From Candidatus Eiseniibacteriota bacterium (lineage in GTDB: Bacteria > Eisenbacteria > RBG-16-71-46): a DNA stretch of 64,000 nucleotides. The stretch spans positions 1,920,001 through 1,984,000 of the forward strand of contig OY970178.1 of assembly GCA_963707915.1 (NCBI GenBank). The letters are read 5' to 3'. The position numbers and the translations under genes are program-made. Below are positions 20,881-30,589 of this stretch, in pieces (the stretch's first letter is position 1; each line of letters opens with the position of its first letter). Below the pieces are notes generated by a model. That model was given only the letters and a program-made list of their open reading frames with translations, was not told the DNA's origin and did not search any database.

Positions 20881-22230
20881 TCACGCCGCGGTGCGCGTGA
20901 CCACCGTGCGCGGGCCGCCGTAACACTTCAGCGCGTGGCGCAGGCGCTCCTCGAGTGGGGCGTCGGGCGGTGCCCCGCAGCGCTCCGCGACCCGGCGCGC
21001 CTCCTCCGCGCGGAGCCCGAGCGTTCGCAGCCAAGGCAGCAACTCGGCCTCGTGCGGGGCCAGCTCCCGCGTCCCGCCCCGCTCCCGCTGGGCAACCTCC
21101 CGCCGCACGGCCTGCGCCGCCTCGTGAGCCCGCTCCCGCCTGGCCTCCATGAAGTCGCGCCCGAAGTGTCGCTCGGCCTCGTACTGGTTGTGCGCCCGGC
21201 AGCGCAGCCGCAGGCCCCGCACCGTGCCCTGCCCGCCGTCGGCCACCGGCTCGACGTGGTCGTACTCGAGCCGCGTGCGCGCCTCGCAGCGGTGCCCCGC
21301 AGCGCTCACGAACGTGCAGCGGCCGCCATCGCGCTCCCATACGGCGCGCTTCACGTCCGCGGGGACGTGGCGGGGGTCGTCGCTGGCGTGGCAGCGGCAG
21401 GGCCGGTCGGTCTTCGCGAACTTGCGCTTCTCGAGCTGTGCGACCAGGGCCTTCAAGGCGCGGGCGAACACGGCGGCCGGGTCCCCGGAGGGCACGGCGT
21501 GCCCGAGCAGGGCCTGGGCGTAGATCAGGTCGTCGTGCGCTTCCTGGTCCATGGTGAACTGGACCGCGAAGCGCTGCGGCGCGAGGGGGGCGACCTGGTG
21601 CGCGCGCGCGACCGGCGGCGGGAGCGAACCGGCCGGCGACTCGCCCGGCGCCGAAGCCAAAAGTTCAGTGGGACTGAATTCTACTGTCCCCGGGGACAGT
21701 AAAGTTGAGACACACTGAACACTCGCCTCGGTCAGCGGGTGGCCTGTCGCGTCGAGTGTGCCCGCGGACGGTTGCTGCGCCGACCACGCGCCCGGCAGCG
21801 GCTGGATCACGCTCGGCAGGTCGGGCCGCGGAAACCGCTCGGCCAGGAGTTGCTCGACCGCCGCCCTGCTCCGGTGCGTCGCGGCGGCGAGAAGGTCGTC
21901 GACGTTCCCGGGCGTCAAGCAGGACGCCAGCACGACCACGGCGCTCAGGTGCAACCGGCCGTCGGCCAGCATCCCGTGGATGGCCGGGAACTCGCGGGCG
22001 ACGCGCGCCACCCGGATGCGCTTATAGGCGCTCTCCTCCGAGAAGCCGAGCCGCTCGACGCAGTACGCGAACATCGAGGGGTAGCCGGCCTCGGCGTAGA
22101 GCCGCCGGGCATCCACCTCCCCGAGGTGGGCGACGAGCAAGGCCGTGGTCGCGCGGTCCTGGGCGACGAGTGTGCGCAACTCGCGTAGCAGGGCCTGGTC
22201 GGACAGGTGTGAGAGCGCGTAGCGGTTCAT
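20881..22230 (-). CDS. DUF222-like N-terminal domain plus HNH endonuclease
   Basis: LSD..LL..L..LV...R..TA.L.AHLGEVD.R.LY...GYPSMFAYC; RHVPADVKRAVWERDGGRCTF...LEYDHV...GG......LRLRCRAHN. Confidence 0.8.
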   Translation of the reverse strand: MNRYALSHLSDQALLRELRTLVAQDRATTALLVAHLGEVDARRLYAEAGYPSMFAYCVERLGFSEESAYKRIRVARVAREFPAIHGMLADGRLHLSAVVVLASCLTPGNVDDLLAAATHRSRAAVEQLLAERFPRPDLPSVIQPLPGAWSAQQPSAGTLDATGHPLTEASVQCVSTLLSPGTVEFSPTELLASAPGESPAGSLPPPVARAHQVAPLAPQRFAVQFTMDQEAHDDLIYAQALLGHAVPSGDPAAVFARALKALVAQLEKRKFAKTDRPCRCHASDDPRHVPADVKRAVWERDGGRCTFVSAAGHRCEARTRLEYDHVEPVADGGQGTVRGLRLRCRAHNQYEAERHFGRDFMEARRERAHEAAQAVRREVAQRERGGTRELAPHEAELLPWLRTLGLRAEEARRVAERCGAPPDAPLEERLRHALKCYGGPRTVVTRTAA

Positions 22231-22667
22231 CGGCGTGACTCCGCGCGGGGGCGGGCCACGGGGGCGAACGAGCACTCTTTCTACCACACGCGATTTCGGC
22301 GCACGCAGAGCTCCGCACGCCGCAGAGCGCGCCATCGCGAGCGAACGATGCCGCGGCCGGGCGCGAAGCCGCGGCGGCGCGCCACTGCCGGCGCGCCGGG
22401 GGCCGATTGGAACGCCCCACGGCACCACGACCAGTACCCGTGCGCAGGGCTGTCAACAGGAATCTTCAACGCCTCCTGCACCACCCGACCCTCGAGCACG
22501 GCCCCACTCACCCGAACACTGCCGCGGCCGCACGTCTCCGATCCGGGACCGCCCCACGCACCCCACCCGCGGCGGCCGGCCCGCCATGGCCGTACCACCG
22601 TGGCACCCTCACCCCGCTCGGCCTTAGACTGCCGCGGTCGCCGTTCCCGTCCGATCCCGGGGCCATC

Positions 22668-24206
22668 ATGTCCGACCGCCTGCGCCTGTCCGAAGCGCTC
22701 GTCGTGCCGCTCGCCTTCGCCGCGCTCAAGCTGGCGCTCCACGCGCTGGCGGTGACCCACTGGGGTTACTTCCGCGACGAGCTGTACTACATCGCCTGCA
22801 GCAAGCACCTGGCCTGGGGCTACGTGGACCAGCCGCCGTTCTCGATCGCGCTGCTGGCCCTGAACCGCTCCCTGCTCGGCGACTCGCTGCACGCGCTGCG
22901 CTGGCTGCCGGCGCTCTCGGGGGCGGCGACCGTGGTCGTCACCGGGCTGCTGGTGCGCGAGTTCGGCGGGCGCCGCTTCGCCCAGGCGCTGGCCTGCCTG
23001 TGCGCGCTGCTGCCGCCGGTGTGGCTGGCGGTGGACCACTTCTTCAGCATGAACGCCTTCGACACGCTGTTCTGGTCGCTGGGCGCGCTGCTGCTGCTGC
23101 GCGCGCTCGACGGCGGGCGCACCCGCACCTGGGTCGCTCTCGGGCTGGTGCTGGGGCTGGGCCTGCTCAACAAGACGAGCATGCTGTGGTTCGGCGGCGG
23201 GGCGTTCCTCGGCCTGCTGGTCTCCCCGCAGCGGCGGCAACTGCGCACGCGCGGGCCGTGGCTGGCGGCCGCCCTCGCGGCGCTGCTGTTCCTGCCGCAC
23301 GTGATCTGGCAGGTGGTGAACGGCTGGCCGACGCTGGAGTTCATGCGCAACGCGGCCGGCTCCAAGATGGTGCGCACCGGGCTCGTGGACTTCTGGGTCC
23401 AGCAGGTGCTGGTCATGAGCCCGGTGACGCTGCCGGTGTGGCTCACCGGGCTGGTCGCGCTGCTCGCGTCGCGGCGGGCGCGCGCGCTGGGCGTGGTCTT
23501 CGTCGCCACCGCGATCCTGCTGGTGGTGAGCGGCTCGAGCCGTCCCAACTATCTCGCGGTGGCCTACGCGCCGCTCCTCGCGATGGGGGCGACGGTCATC
23601 GGGCGCACCGCGGGCACCGGCCGAAGGCAGGTCGTTCGCCGCTGGCTGCGGCCCGCGGCGTTCGCGCTGGTGCTGGCCGGCGGGCTCCCGCTGGTGCCGG
23701 CCTTCCTGCCGGTCCTGCCGGTGGAGCGCCACGCCGCCTACATGCGCGCGCTCGGCGTGGGCATCAAGCCGCAGGAGCGCACCCGCGAGGGCGAGTTGCC
23801 GCAGGTCTTCGCCGACATGTTCGGCTGGGAGGACATGGTCCGTCGCGTGGCGCGCGTCTACCGCTCGCTGCCGCCCGCCGAGCGGGCCAGGTGCGCGATC
23901 CTCACCCGCAACTACGGGCAGGCCGGCGCCATCGACTTCTTCGGCCCGCGCTACGGGCTGCCGCCGGCGATCTGCCCGCAGAACAACTACTGGCTCTGGG
24001 GCACGCGCGGCGCGACCGGCGAGGTCGTCATCATCGTGGGCGGCGACCGCGACGACCGCCACGCGGACTTCCGCGAGGTGGTGCTGGCCGACACCACGAG
24101 CTGCCGCTGGTGCATGCCGTTCGAGAACGGCGCGCCGATCTTCCTGTGCAAGGGCCTGAACCAGCCGCTCGCGCGCCGCTGGGCGGAGATCCGCGCCTAC
24201 CGCTGA
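22668..24206 (+). CDS. Glycosyltransferase family 39 (ArnT/PMT-like) membrane protein
   Basis: YFRDELYY, GYVDQPP, GLGLLNK, multiple TM segments, NYGQAGAI...NNYWLWG. Confidence 0.85.
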   Translation: MSDRLRLSEALVVPLAFAALKLALHALAVTHWGYFRDELYYIACSKHLAWGYVDQPPFSIALLALNRSLLGDSLHALRWLPALSGAATVVVTGLLVREFGGRRFAQALACLCALLPPVWLAVDHFFSMNAFDTLFWSLGALLLLRALDGGRTRTWVALGLVLGLGLLNKTSMLWFGGGAFLGLLVSPQRRQLRTRGPWLAAALAALLFLPHVIWQVVNGWPTLEFMRNAAGSKMVRTGLVDFWVQQVLVMSPVTLPVWLTGLVALLASRRARALGVVFVATAILLVVSGSSRPNYLAVAYAPLLAMGATVIGRTAGTGRRQVVRRWLRPAAFALVLAGGLPLVPAFLPVLPVERHAAYMRALGVGIKPQERTREGELPQVFADMFGWEDMVRRVARVYRSLPPAERARCAILTRNYGQAGAIDFFGPRYGLPPAICPQNNYWLWGTRGATGEVVIIVGGDRDDRHADFREVVLADTTSCRWCMPFENGAPIFLCKGLNQPLARRWAEIRAYR

Positions 24207-24343
24207 GGGCCGGGGGCACCCTGCGCGGCCGTGGTGGGCGGCTCGCGCCCCACCGGGGCCCGGGTGACCGCCCCGCGCCCGGGCCCCGCGCCGTGGCCCC
24301 CGGCAGCGCCCCACGCCGTGGCTCCATCCGGACCGCGCGCCCG

Positions 24344-26344
24344 CTACGCGCCGCCCACCCGCTCGAAGCGCGCCGAGGAGGCCGTCCGGGTCCCGGTGGT
24401 CAGGTCGCGCACCCGCACGTCCAGCCGGTAGTGCCCGGGCTTGAGCGACTGCACCGGCACGGTGATGAACTGCCGGCGCAGCGGGCCGACGTTCGTCTCC
24501 TCGCTGCGCACGACGTAGTGCGGCAGGCGCTCGCCGAACGGCAGCAGCCGCTCGTACCACGCCCGATTGTCCCGCTCCTCGGAGGCCACGGAGTACTCGT
24601 ACTCGAAGTGCGCCTCGCCGTCGGCGCCGGGCGTCATGCGGTAGACCTCGAAGTAGGCGACCAGCGGCCCCTCGCCGCTCACGCGCGACCGGAGATTGGG
24701 GCCGAGCCGGATCTCGGGCGCGCTGCGCACCATGTCGATCGAGCCGCAGGTGACCACGACGTCGCTCATCGAGAGCCCGGCCGGGACGGCCGCGACCTGC
24801 TGCGTGGTCCGCGCCACGCCGCGCGCGCCGTGACCGTCGCGCACCGAGAAGGCCACGCGGTACACCCCGGGCGGGACGTCGAAGGTGAAGTCCCCGACGC
24901 GGCGCGACGCGGGCTCGCAGCCCGACGGCGAGAGCGTGCGCGCCAGCCGGGCGACCACGTGCTCGGTCGAGTCCACCAGCGCGCACTGGGCCCACAGGCT
25001 GTCCACCGGCGTGCCCGGGGTCTCGATCTGCGCCAGCAGCTTGGTGCCCTGCGCGCCCTCGAAGCGGGCGACCCGGCCCTCGACCGGCAGCGGCCTCACG
25101 CCGGGCGGCAGCGCCGGGAAGACCCCGCGTCCGCCCGCGGTCGCGACCAGGTCGCTGCGCTCGAGCGCGCGCGGGTCGGGCACGGGATCGGTGCTGCGGA
25201 AGCGCCCGCGCGGCGGCTCGTAGCGGTTCGAGAGCAGCACGTCCTGCAGCAGGACGGTCATCCCCAGCCCGGGGTAGGTCCAGACCTGGGTGTGCATCGG
25301 GTACCACATCGGGTCGCCGACCCGCCGCACACCGCCCAGGGCGGTGCGGCGGTACCAGTCGGTCTTGTTGGGTCGCTGCTCCGCCGGCAGGCCGGCCAGC
25401 TCGTAGATGGCCTGCTCCGGGGCGCCGTAGCGCACGTAGAGGTCGGCCCGCGAGTCCCAGCGCGACTGCGCCGGGTCGAGGAACACCAGGCTCGCGTGCG
25501 CGATGCGCGACCAGTACTCGAGCCGGGCCTCGTTCTCGGGGGTGGCCACGTCGGGGTCGGCCTCGCTCCAGAAGCGGCGCACGAACTCGTCCGCCATCCG
25601 CGGCGGCATCTCCGCCAGCGCTTCGCCGTCGTTGGGGGGCAGCAGCGGCGCGAGGTCCGCGAAGCGCGCCTGCAGCGCCGGCGGCAGGCCGGGGATCGCG
25701 AGCGTGAACAGGCTCTCGGCGCGCGTCGCCTGGCCGGCACGGTAGGCCAGGTAGGCGGCGGCCAGCCGCACTTCGGGGTCACCCGGGAAGCGTTCGCAGG
25801 CGCGTTCGGCGGTCGCGCGCGCGCGGGACGCCTCGCCGTGCTCGTAGAGCAGCGGCGCCAGCAGGACCCACGACTCGCGCAGGCCGGGGTCCAGCTCGGT
25901 CGCGGCCGACAGGTGCCGGACCGCCAGCGCGAGCGAGGCGGGCTCGAGGAAGGCGAGCCAGTCGCGCTTCCAGACCTGGCCGAGCCCGAGGCGCGCCGCG
26001 CCGCAGTGCCCGTCGAGCTCCACGGCCTGCTCGAAGCTCCGGCGCGCCTGCTGGTCGAAGCCGGCATCGAGGCACACCCGGCCGTACGACAGCCGCAGGC
26101 GCACGTCGCCCGGGGCGAGCAGGACGGCCTGCTGGAGATCGCGCAGCGCGACGCGGCGCGCGTCGAAGCCGCCCGTGGCCAGGCGCGCGTCGGCGTCGCG
26201 GCACAGGGAGTCGGCGCGGGCGGCGCGCGCGGAGGACGAAGGGGCGGGAGAGGCGACAACAGGCGTCGGGGCTCCGCCGGGGCTGCACACGGCGATCGCA
26301 CCGAGCCAGAGCAGGGCGTCGATGAAGGCCAGCCCTCGCTTCAC
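24344..26344 (-). CDS. TPR- and GWxTD-domain secreted protein
   Basis: Signal peptide, TPR-like helices, FW...DPD..TPENEARLEYWSRI.HA...WDSRADLYVRYGAP; GGAGAGG RBS. Confidence 0.75.
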   Translation of the reverse strand: MKRGLAFIDALLWLGAIAVCSPGGAPTPVVASPAPSSSARAARADSLCRDADARLATGGFDARRVALRDLQQAVLLAPGDVRLRLSYGRVCLDAGFDQQARRSFEQAVELDGHCGAARLGLGQVWKRDWLAFLEPASLALAVRHLSAATELDPGLRESWVLLAPLLYEHGEASRARATAERACERFPGDPEVRLAAAYLAYRAGQATRAESLFTLAIPGLPPALQARFADLAPLLPPNDGEALAEMPPRMADEFVRRFWSEADPDVATPENEARLEYWSRIAHASLVFLDPAQSRWDSRADLYVRYGAPEQAIYELAGLPAEQRPNKTDWYRRTALGGVRRVGDPMWYPMHTQVWTYPGLGMTVLLQDVLLSNRYEPPRGRFRSTDPVPDPRALERSDLVATAGGRGVFPALPPGVRPLPVEGRVARFEGAQGTKLLAQIETPGTPVDSLWAQCALVDSTEHVVARLARTLSPSGCEPASRRVGDFTFDVPPGVYRVAFSVRDGHGARGVARTTQQVAAVPAGLSMSDVVVTCGSIDMVRSAPEIRLGPNLRSRVSGEGPLVAYFEVYRMTPGADGEAHFEYEYSVASEERDNRAWYERLLPFGERLPHYVVRSEETNVGPLRRQFITVPVQSLKPGHYRLDVRVRDLTTGTRTASSARFERVGGA

Positions 26345-26499
26345 GTCGTTCCTCTCCCGCCCGGACGAACGGAGTATGGCGCTCCCGCGGGGTTGGATTC
26401 AACGGGAATCTGGCGGTCAGCGCGGGCCACCCCGCGGTCGGCGCGGACCGGCGCCGCAGCACGCGGGGCCTTGTCGCCTGCTCCGGGGAGGCAGCCGGT

Positions 26500-28380
26500 T
26501 CAGCCGGCGGGCGCGCGGCGCGCCAGCAGCAGCGTGATGTCGTCCGATGGCCCCTGGTCACCTTCGAAGCCGTGCACCGCGTCCACGATCCGGCGCGCGA
26601 GCGCCTCGCAGGGCTCGCCGGACCGCGGCCGGAGCAGCTCGAGCAGCCGTTCCTCGCCCCACATCGCGCCGTCGACCGCCTGCGCCTCGGTCACGCCGTC
26701 GGTGAAGAGCGTCAGCGTCGCCCCCGGCGCCAGCACCCCCGTGCCCTTCGCGTACGCGCCATCCTCGAGCATCCCGAGCAGCAGGCCCCCGGTCTCCAGC
26801 GTGGTCACCGCACCGTCGCACCCGACCACGTAGGGCGGGTTGTGCCCGGCGTTGCAGTACTCGAGCGTCCCGTCGCGCGGGTCGAGCACTGCGAGGAACG
26901 CGGTCACGAAGCGTCCGGGCTCGACGCTCTGGTGCAGGAAGCGGTTGACGCGCGCCATCACGTGCGCCGGGTCGCCGGTGCCGTCGAGCTGGCTCATGAG
27001 CGAGGCGCGGAACGCCGACATCAGCAGCGCCGCGGGCACGCCCTTGCCCGACACGTCGGCGATCACCAGCGCCACGCGCCCGTCGGCGAGCACCCTGTGG
27101 TCGAAGTAGTCCCCGCCCACCTCGCGCGCGGGCTCGCTCACCCCGGCGATGTCCACGCCCGCGACGCCGGGCGGCCGTTCCGGCAGCAGGCGTGACTGGA
27201 TGCGCCGCGCCAGCGCCAGCTCGCTCTCGATCCGTCCGCGCTCCCGCTCCAGTTCGCGCCCGCGCTGGAGGCCCTCGGCCATGCGGTTGAACGCCACGGC
27301 CACGCCCCACAGCTCGTCGTCGCCCTCGACCGGGATGCGGTGCTCGAGCCGCCCGGCCTCGAGCGCGCTCGCGCCGCCGCGCAGTGCGGCGACCGCGGCG
27401 GTGACGCTCGTTCCCAGTGCCCGCATCAGCCCGACGGCGCGGAACCACAGCCGCACGCCGGCGAACACCAGGATCGCGATCAGCCCCAGCGTGACGAGGC
27501 TCACGTCCCAGGCGAGCGCACGCCGGAAGAAACCGGCGAGTGTCGGCCAGAAGTCCACGTGGACGGTCAGCAAGCCGTTGGTGCGCTCCCACCCCGACGG
27601 CGTCCTCGCCCAGGAGCCCAGGTTCGCGAAGCCGTCGAAGAGCGAGAACCCCGTCCGCGCCTCCGGTCCGGATCGGGAAGGGGTCGCCGCGGGGACACCG
27701 GTGGGAAGGATCTCGACCCGTTGCCCCGCGACCTTCCGGAACACGAGCACGGCCTCGATGCGGCGCTGGATGTCCTCCGAGAGCGCCCCCCGCATCGGGA
27801 TCACCGCCAGGCCGGCGAGCGTGGTGTCGGCCGGTGCGCGCAGCGTCGCGCACAGGTACGAACGCCCGCCGACGATCAGGACCGGCACCTCGGGCGAAAC
27901 CGCCGGCAGCGTCGCCAGCGCGGCGGAATCGATGGCCTCATCGCCCGCCACGCGGTGCCAGTTCCCGCGGCCGAGCCACGCGGTCATCCCCAGCCGGCGG
28001 CCCGCCTCCGCTGCGGTGAGCGCGCGCAACCGCTCCTCGGCGAGCCCGGGCTGCGCGAGCGCGAGCGCGAGTTCGTCGTGCAGCGCCTGTGCCCGGGCCA
28101 GGTACTGGCCGCGCGCCGCCTCGGCCCGCTCGGAGGCCGTGCCCAGGTAGGAGCTGGACGCCCAGAGCAGGGCCATCACCACCACCGGGACCACCGTGGC
28201 GATCACCAGCAGCACCAGCAGGCGGCGGCCGATGCTGGGGATCGCGAGCGCGTGCCGCTGGATCGTGCGCACGAGCAGGCGCGTGCCCAGCCCGACGGTC
28301 GCCAGCACCAGCCCGAGCCGGAGCGCGAACCCGCTGATATCGCCCGCGTTCAGGAACGCCGCGAGCCGTGCGGCAATCAT
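26500..28380 (-). CDS. Membrane HAMP-domain PP2C/SpoIIE (RsbU-like) phosphatase
   Basis: TM segments, HAMP (DEL...AFNRMA), EVGGDYFD, DVSGKG, NAGHNPP, FTDGVTEA, SDDIT. Confidence 0.9.
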   Translation of the reverse strand: MIAARLAAFLNAGDISGFALRLGLVLATVGLGTRLLVRTIQRHALAIPSIGRRLLVLLVIATVVPVVVMALLWASSSYLGTASERAEAARGQYLARAQALHDELALALAQPGLAEERLRALTAAEAGRRLGMTAWLGRGNWHRVAGDEAIDSAALATLPAVSPEVPVLIVGGRSYLCATLRAPADTTLAGLAVIPMRGALSEDIQRRIEAVLVFRKVAGQRVEILPTGVPAATPSRSGPEARTGFSLFDGFANLGSWARTPSGWERTNGLLTVHVDFWPTLAGFFRRALAWDVSLVTLGLIAILVFAGVRLWFRAVGLMRALGTSVTAAVAALRGGASALEAGRLEHRIPVEGDDELWGVAVAFNRMAEGLQRGRELERERGRIESELALARRIQSRLLPERPPGVAGVDIAGVSEPAREVGGDYFDHRVLADGRVALVIADVSGKGVPAALLMSAFRASLMSQLDGTGDPAHVMARVNRFLHQSVEPGRFVTAFLAVLDPRDGTLEYCNAGHNPPYVVGCDGAVTTLETGGLLLGMLEDGAYAKGTGVLAPGATLTLFTDGVTEAQAVDGAMWGEERLLELLRPRSGEPCEALARRIVDAVHGFEGDQGPSDDITLLLARRAPAG

Positions 28381-29033
28381 CGCAGGCTTCCGCCGCCGCG
28401 CTCGAAGGTGGTCAGCTCACGCCGCAGCATGCGCCCCGCGTAGCAGTGGAGCCCCAGCGGGATCAGCCCCGCCTCGCGGAACAGGTGCCGGTAGACCGCG
28501 GCCGGGCGCTGGTGGAAGCCCTCCTGGTCGCCCTCGGTGGCGTCCTCCTTCGCGAACAGCTCGAGGAACGCCACGCCGCCGAGCATGCGCGCGATGGTCT
28601 TGAGCCCGCGGCGCGCCTCGTCCGTCCCGACGTAGTGGAGGACGTCGGAGCAGACGATCAGATCGTAGGGCGGGTCGAGCCCGAGCCGACCGAGCGTGCC
28701 CAGCGAGCCGAGCCGGAGGTTGCGCGCGCGCCCGTAGCGCTTCACCGCGTACTCGCTCGAGTCCACGCCGGTGTAGCGCGCCTTCGGCCGCGCGTGCCGG
28801 AGCAGCTCGCGCCACGGCCCCTCGCCGCAGCCCACGTCGAGCACCGTGCGCAACGGGCGCTCGAGCAGGTACTCGGCGGCCGCGACCGCCAGCTGCACGC
28901 GGCGCGCCAGCACGCCCTGGTGGACCACCGTCCAGCGCGGGTCGCGGTACCAGCGTTCGAAGTACTCGCGGTCGTAGCGCTTGGGCGTCGGGGCCCGCGG
29001 CGGTCGCGGGCGGGAGGCGGGGCCGCGCGGCAC
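28377..29033 (-). CDS. Class I SAM-dependent methyltransferase
   Basis: VLDVGCGEG, YTGVDSS, YDLIVCSDVLHY. Confidence 0.85.
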   Translation of the reverse strand: MPRGPASRPRPPRAPTPKRYDREYFERWYRDPRWTVVHQGVLARRVQLAVAAAEYLLERPLRTVLDVGCGEGPWRELLRHARPKARYTGVDSSEYAVKRYGRARNLRLGSLGTLGRLGLDPPYDLIVCSDVLHYVGTDEARRGLKTIARMLGGVAFLELFAKEDATEGDQEGFHQRPAAVYRHLFREAGLIPLGLHCYAGRMLRRELTTFERGGGSLR

Positions 29034-29035
29034 GG

Positions 29036-30373
29036 CTAGGCCCCGGACTCCTTGACGCGCGTGACGTCCGCGCCCAGCGCGGCGAGCTTCTGCTCGATGA
29101 CCTCGTAGCCGCGGTCGAGATGGTAGATGCGCGAGATCCTGGTCTCGCCGTCGGCCACCAGCGCGGCGATCACCAGTGCGGCGCTGGCGCGGATGTCGGT
29201 CGCCATCACCGGGGCACCCGACAGGCGCTCGACGCCCTTCACGATGGCGACGTTGTTCTGCATGCGCACGTCGGCCCCCAGCCGCGCCAGCTCCGGCACG
29301 TGGCTGAAGCGGTCGAGATAGATCGTGTCGGTGATGGTGCTGGTGCCGTCGGCCACGGCGCACACCGCCATGATCTGCGCCTGCATGTCGGTCGGGAAGC
29401 CGGGGAACGGCTCGGTCACCACGTTGAGCGCGGCGGGCCGCGCCGGGCCCCGCACCGTGACCTCGCGCTCGCCGGCGAGCACCTCGCAGCCGGCCTGCTC
29501 GAGCACGCGCAGCACGCCCCCGAGGTGCGCGGGCTCGCAGTTCCCGATCGCCAGGCTGCTGCCGGTGATGGCGGCGGCGGCGAGGAACGTGGCGCCCTCG
29601 ACCCGGTCCGGGATGATGGCGGTCTCGATCGGCCACAGGTGCTTCACGCCGCGGATGGTCAGCTGCCGCGATCCGATGCCCTCGATGTCGGCCCCGCACT
29701 GCACCAGCACCTCGGCGAGCGCGGTGATGTCGGGCTCGATGGCCACGTTGTCGAGCGCGGTGACGCCCTCGGCGAGCACCGCGGCCATCATCAGCTGGGC
29801 GGTCGCGCCGACCGAGACCGTGCCGAAGTGGAAGGGGGCGCCCTTGAGCCGCACGTCGTGCCCGACGACGTAGCCGTGCTCGATCTCGAGGTTCGCGTTC
29901 ATCGCGTTGAGGCCCTCGAGGTGCAGGTTGATGGGCCGCGGGCCCCAGGCGCAGCCGCCCGGCAGCGAGACCCGCGCGGCGCCGAAGCGCGCCAGCAGCG
30001 GACCCAGCACGTAGACGCTGGCGCGCATGGTGCGCACCAGGTCGTAGGGCGCCTCGAACGAGCCGACGTTGGTGGTGTCCACCACGCAGGTGTGGCCGTG
30101 GAAGGCCACCTTCGCCCCGAGCGTCTCGAGCACGCGGGCCATGGTGCGCGTGTCGGACAGCAGCGGCATGTTGCGCAGCGTGTGCACCCCGGAGGTGAGC
30201 AGCGTCGCGGCCATGAGCGGCAGGGCGGCGTTCTTGGCGCCGCTGATCTCCACACGGCCGGAGAGCCGCCGTCCACCGCGAACGATCAGGGCGTCCATGG
30301 TCTTGGGCCTCGCGTCTTGCGGAGCGGAAGGGTCGAGGGTGAGCGGATCGAGCCGGTGCGACGCGACATCCAT
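29036..30373 (-). CDS. murA: UDP-N-acetylglucosamine 1-carboxyvinyltransferase (start could be ATG 30298)
   Basis: SGAKNAALP, MRAS, LPGGCAWGPRP (active-site Cys), SVGAT, PGFPTDMQAQ, HLDRGY. Confidence 0.96.
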   Translation of the reverse strand: MDVASHRLDPLTLDPSAPQDARPKTMDALIVRGGRRLSGRVEISGAKNAALPLMAATLLTSGVHTLRNMPLLSDTRTMARVLETLGAKVAFHGHTCVVDTTNVGSFEAPYDLVRTMRASVYVLGPLLARFGAARVSLPGGCAWGPRPINLHLEGLNAMNANLEIEHGYVVGHDVRLKGAPFHFGTVSVGATAQLMMAAVLAEGVTALDNVAIEPDITALAEVLVQCGADIEGIGSRQLTIRGVKHLWPIETAIIPDRVEGATFLAAAAITGSSLAIGNCEPAHLGGVLRVLEQAGCEVLAGEREVTVRGPARPAALNVVTEPFPGFPTDMQAQIMAVCAVADGTSTITDTIYLDRFSHVPELARLGADVRMQNNVAIVKGVERLSGAPVMATDIRASAALVIAALVADGETRISRIYHLDRGYEVIEQKLAALGADVTRVKESGA

Positions 30374-30448
30374 GTGCGGATCCCCTTGCTGCGGCCGATG
30401 ACCGTCCCTGGCCACGCTGCGGCGACGTTCCTTGGGTGCGAAGGGCGG

Positions 30449-30477
30449 ATTATGCGAGCGGGGGCGCCCCCGTGCAA
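30449..30477 (-). promoter_or_regulatory. Putative sigma70 promoter of murA
   Basis: TTGCAC-N17-CATAAT. Confidence 0.5.
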
Positions 30478-30589
30478 GGCGAGCGGCCGGCCGGCGCGTG
30501 GCATCCCGCGGCGGGGGACCGTATCATCGCCGCGCCGGGCGGCCGGAGGCCGCCTCGCTCCCGTCTTCACGAGATCACGGAGGACCGAC

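Noticed and set aside
13177..22230. Prophage or integrative element spanning both HNH genes
   Set aside because: No integrase, phage structural genes or att-like repeats; selB lies between them.
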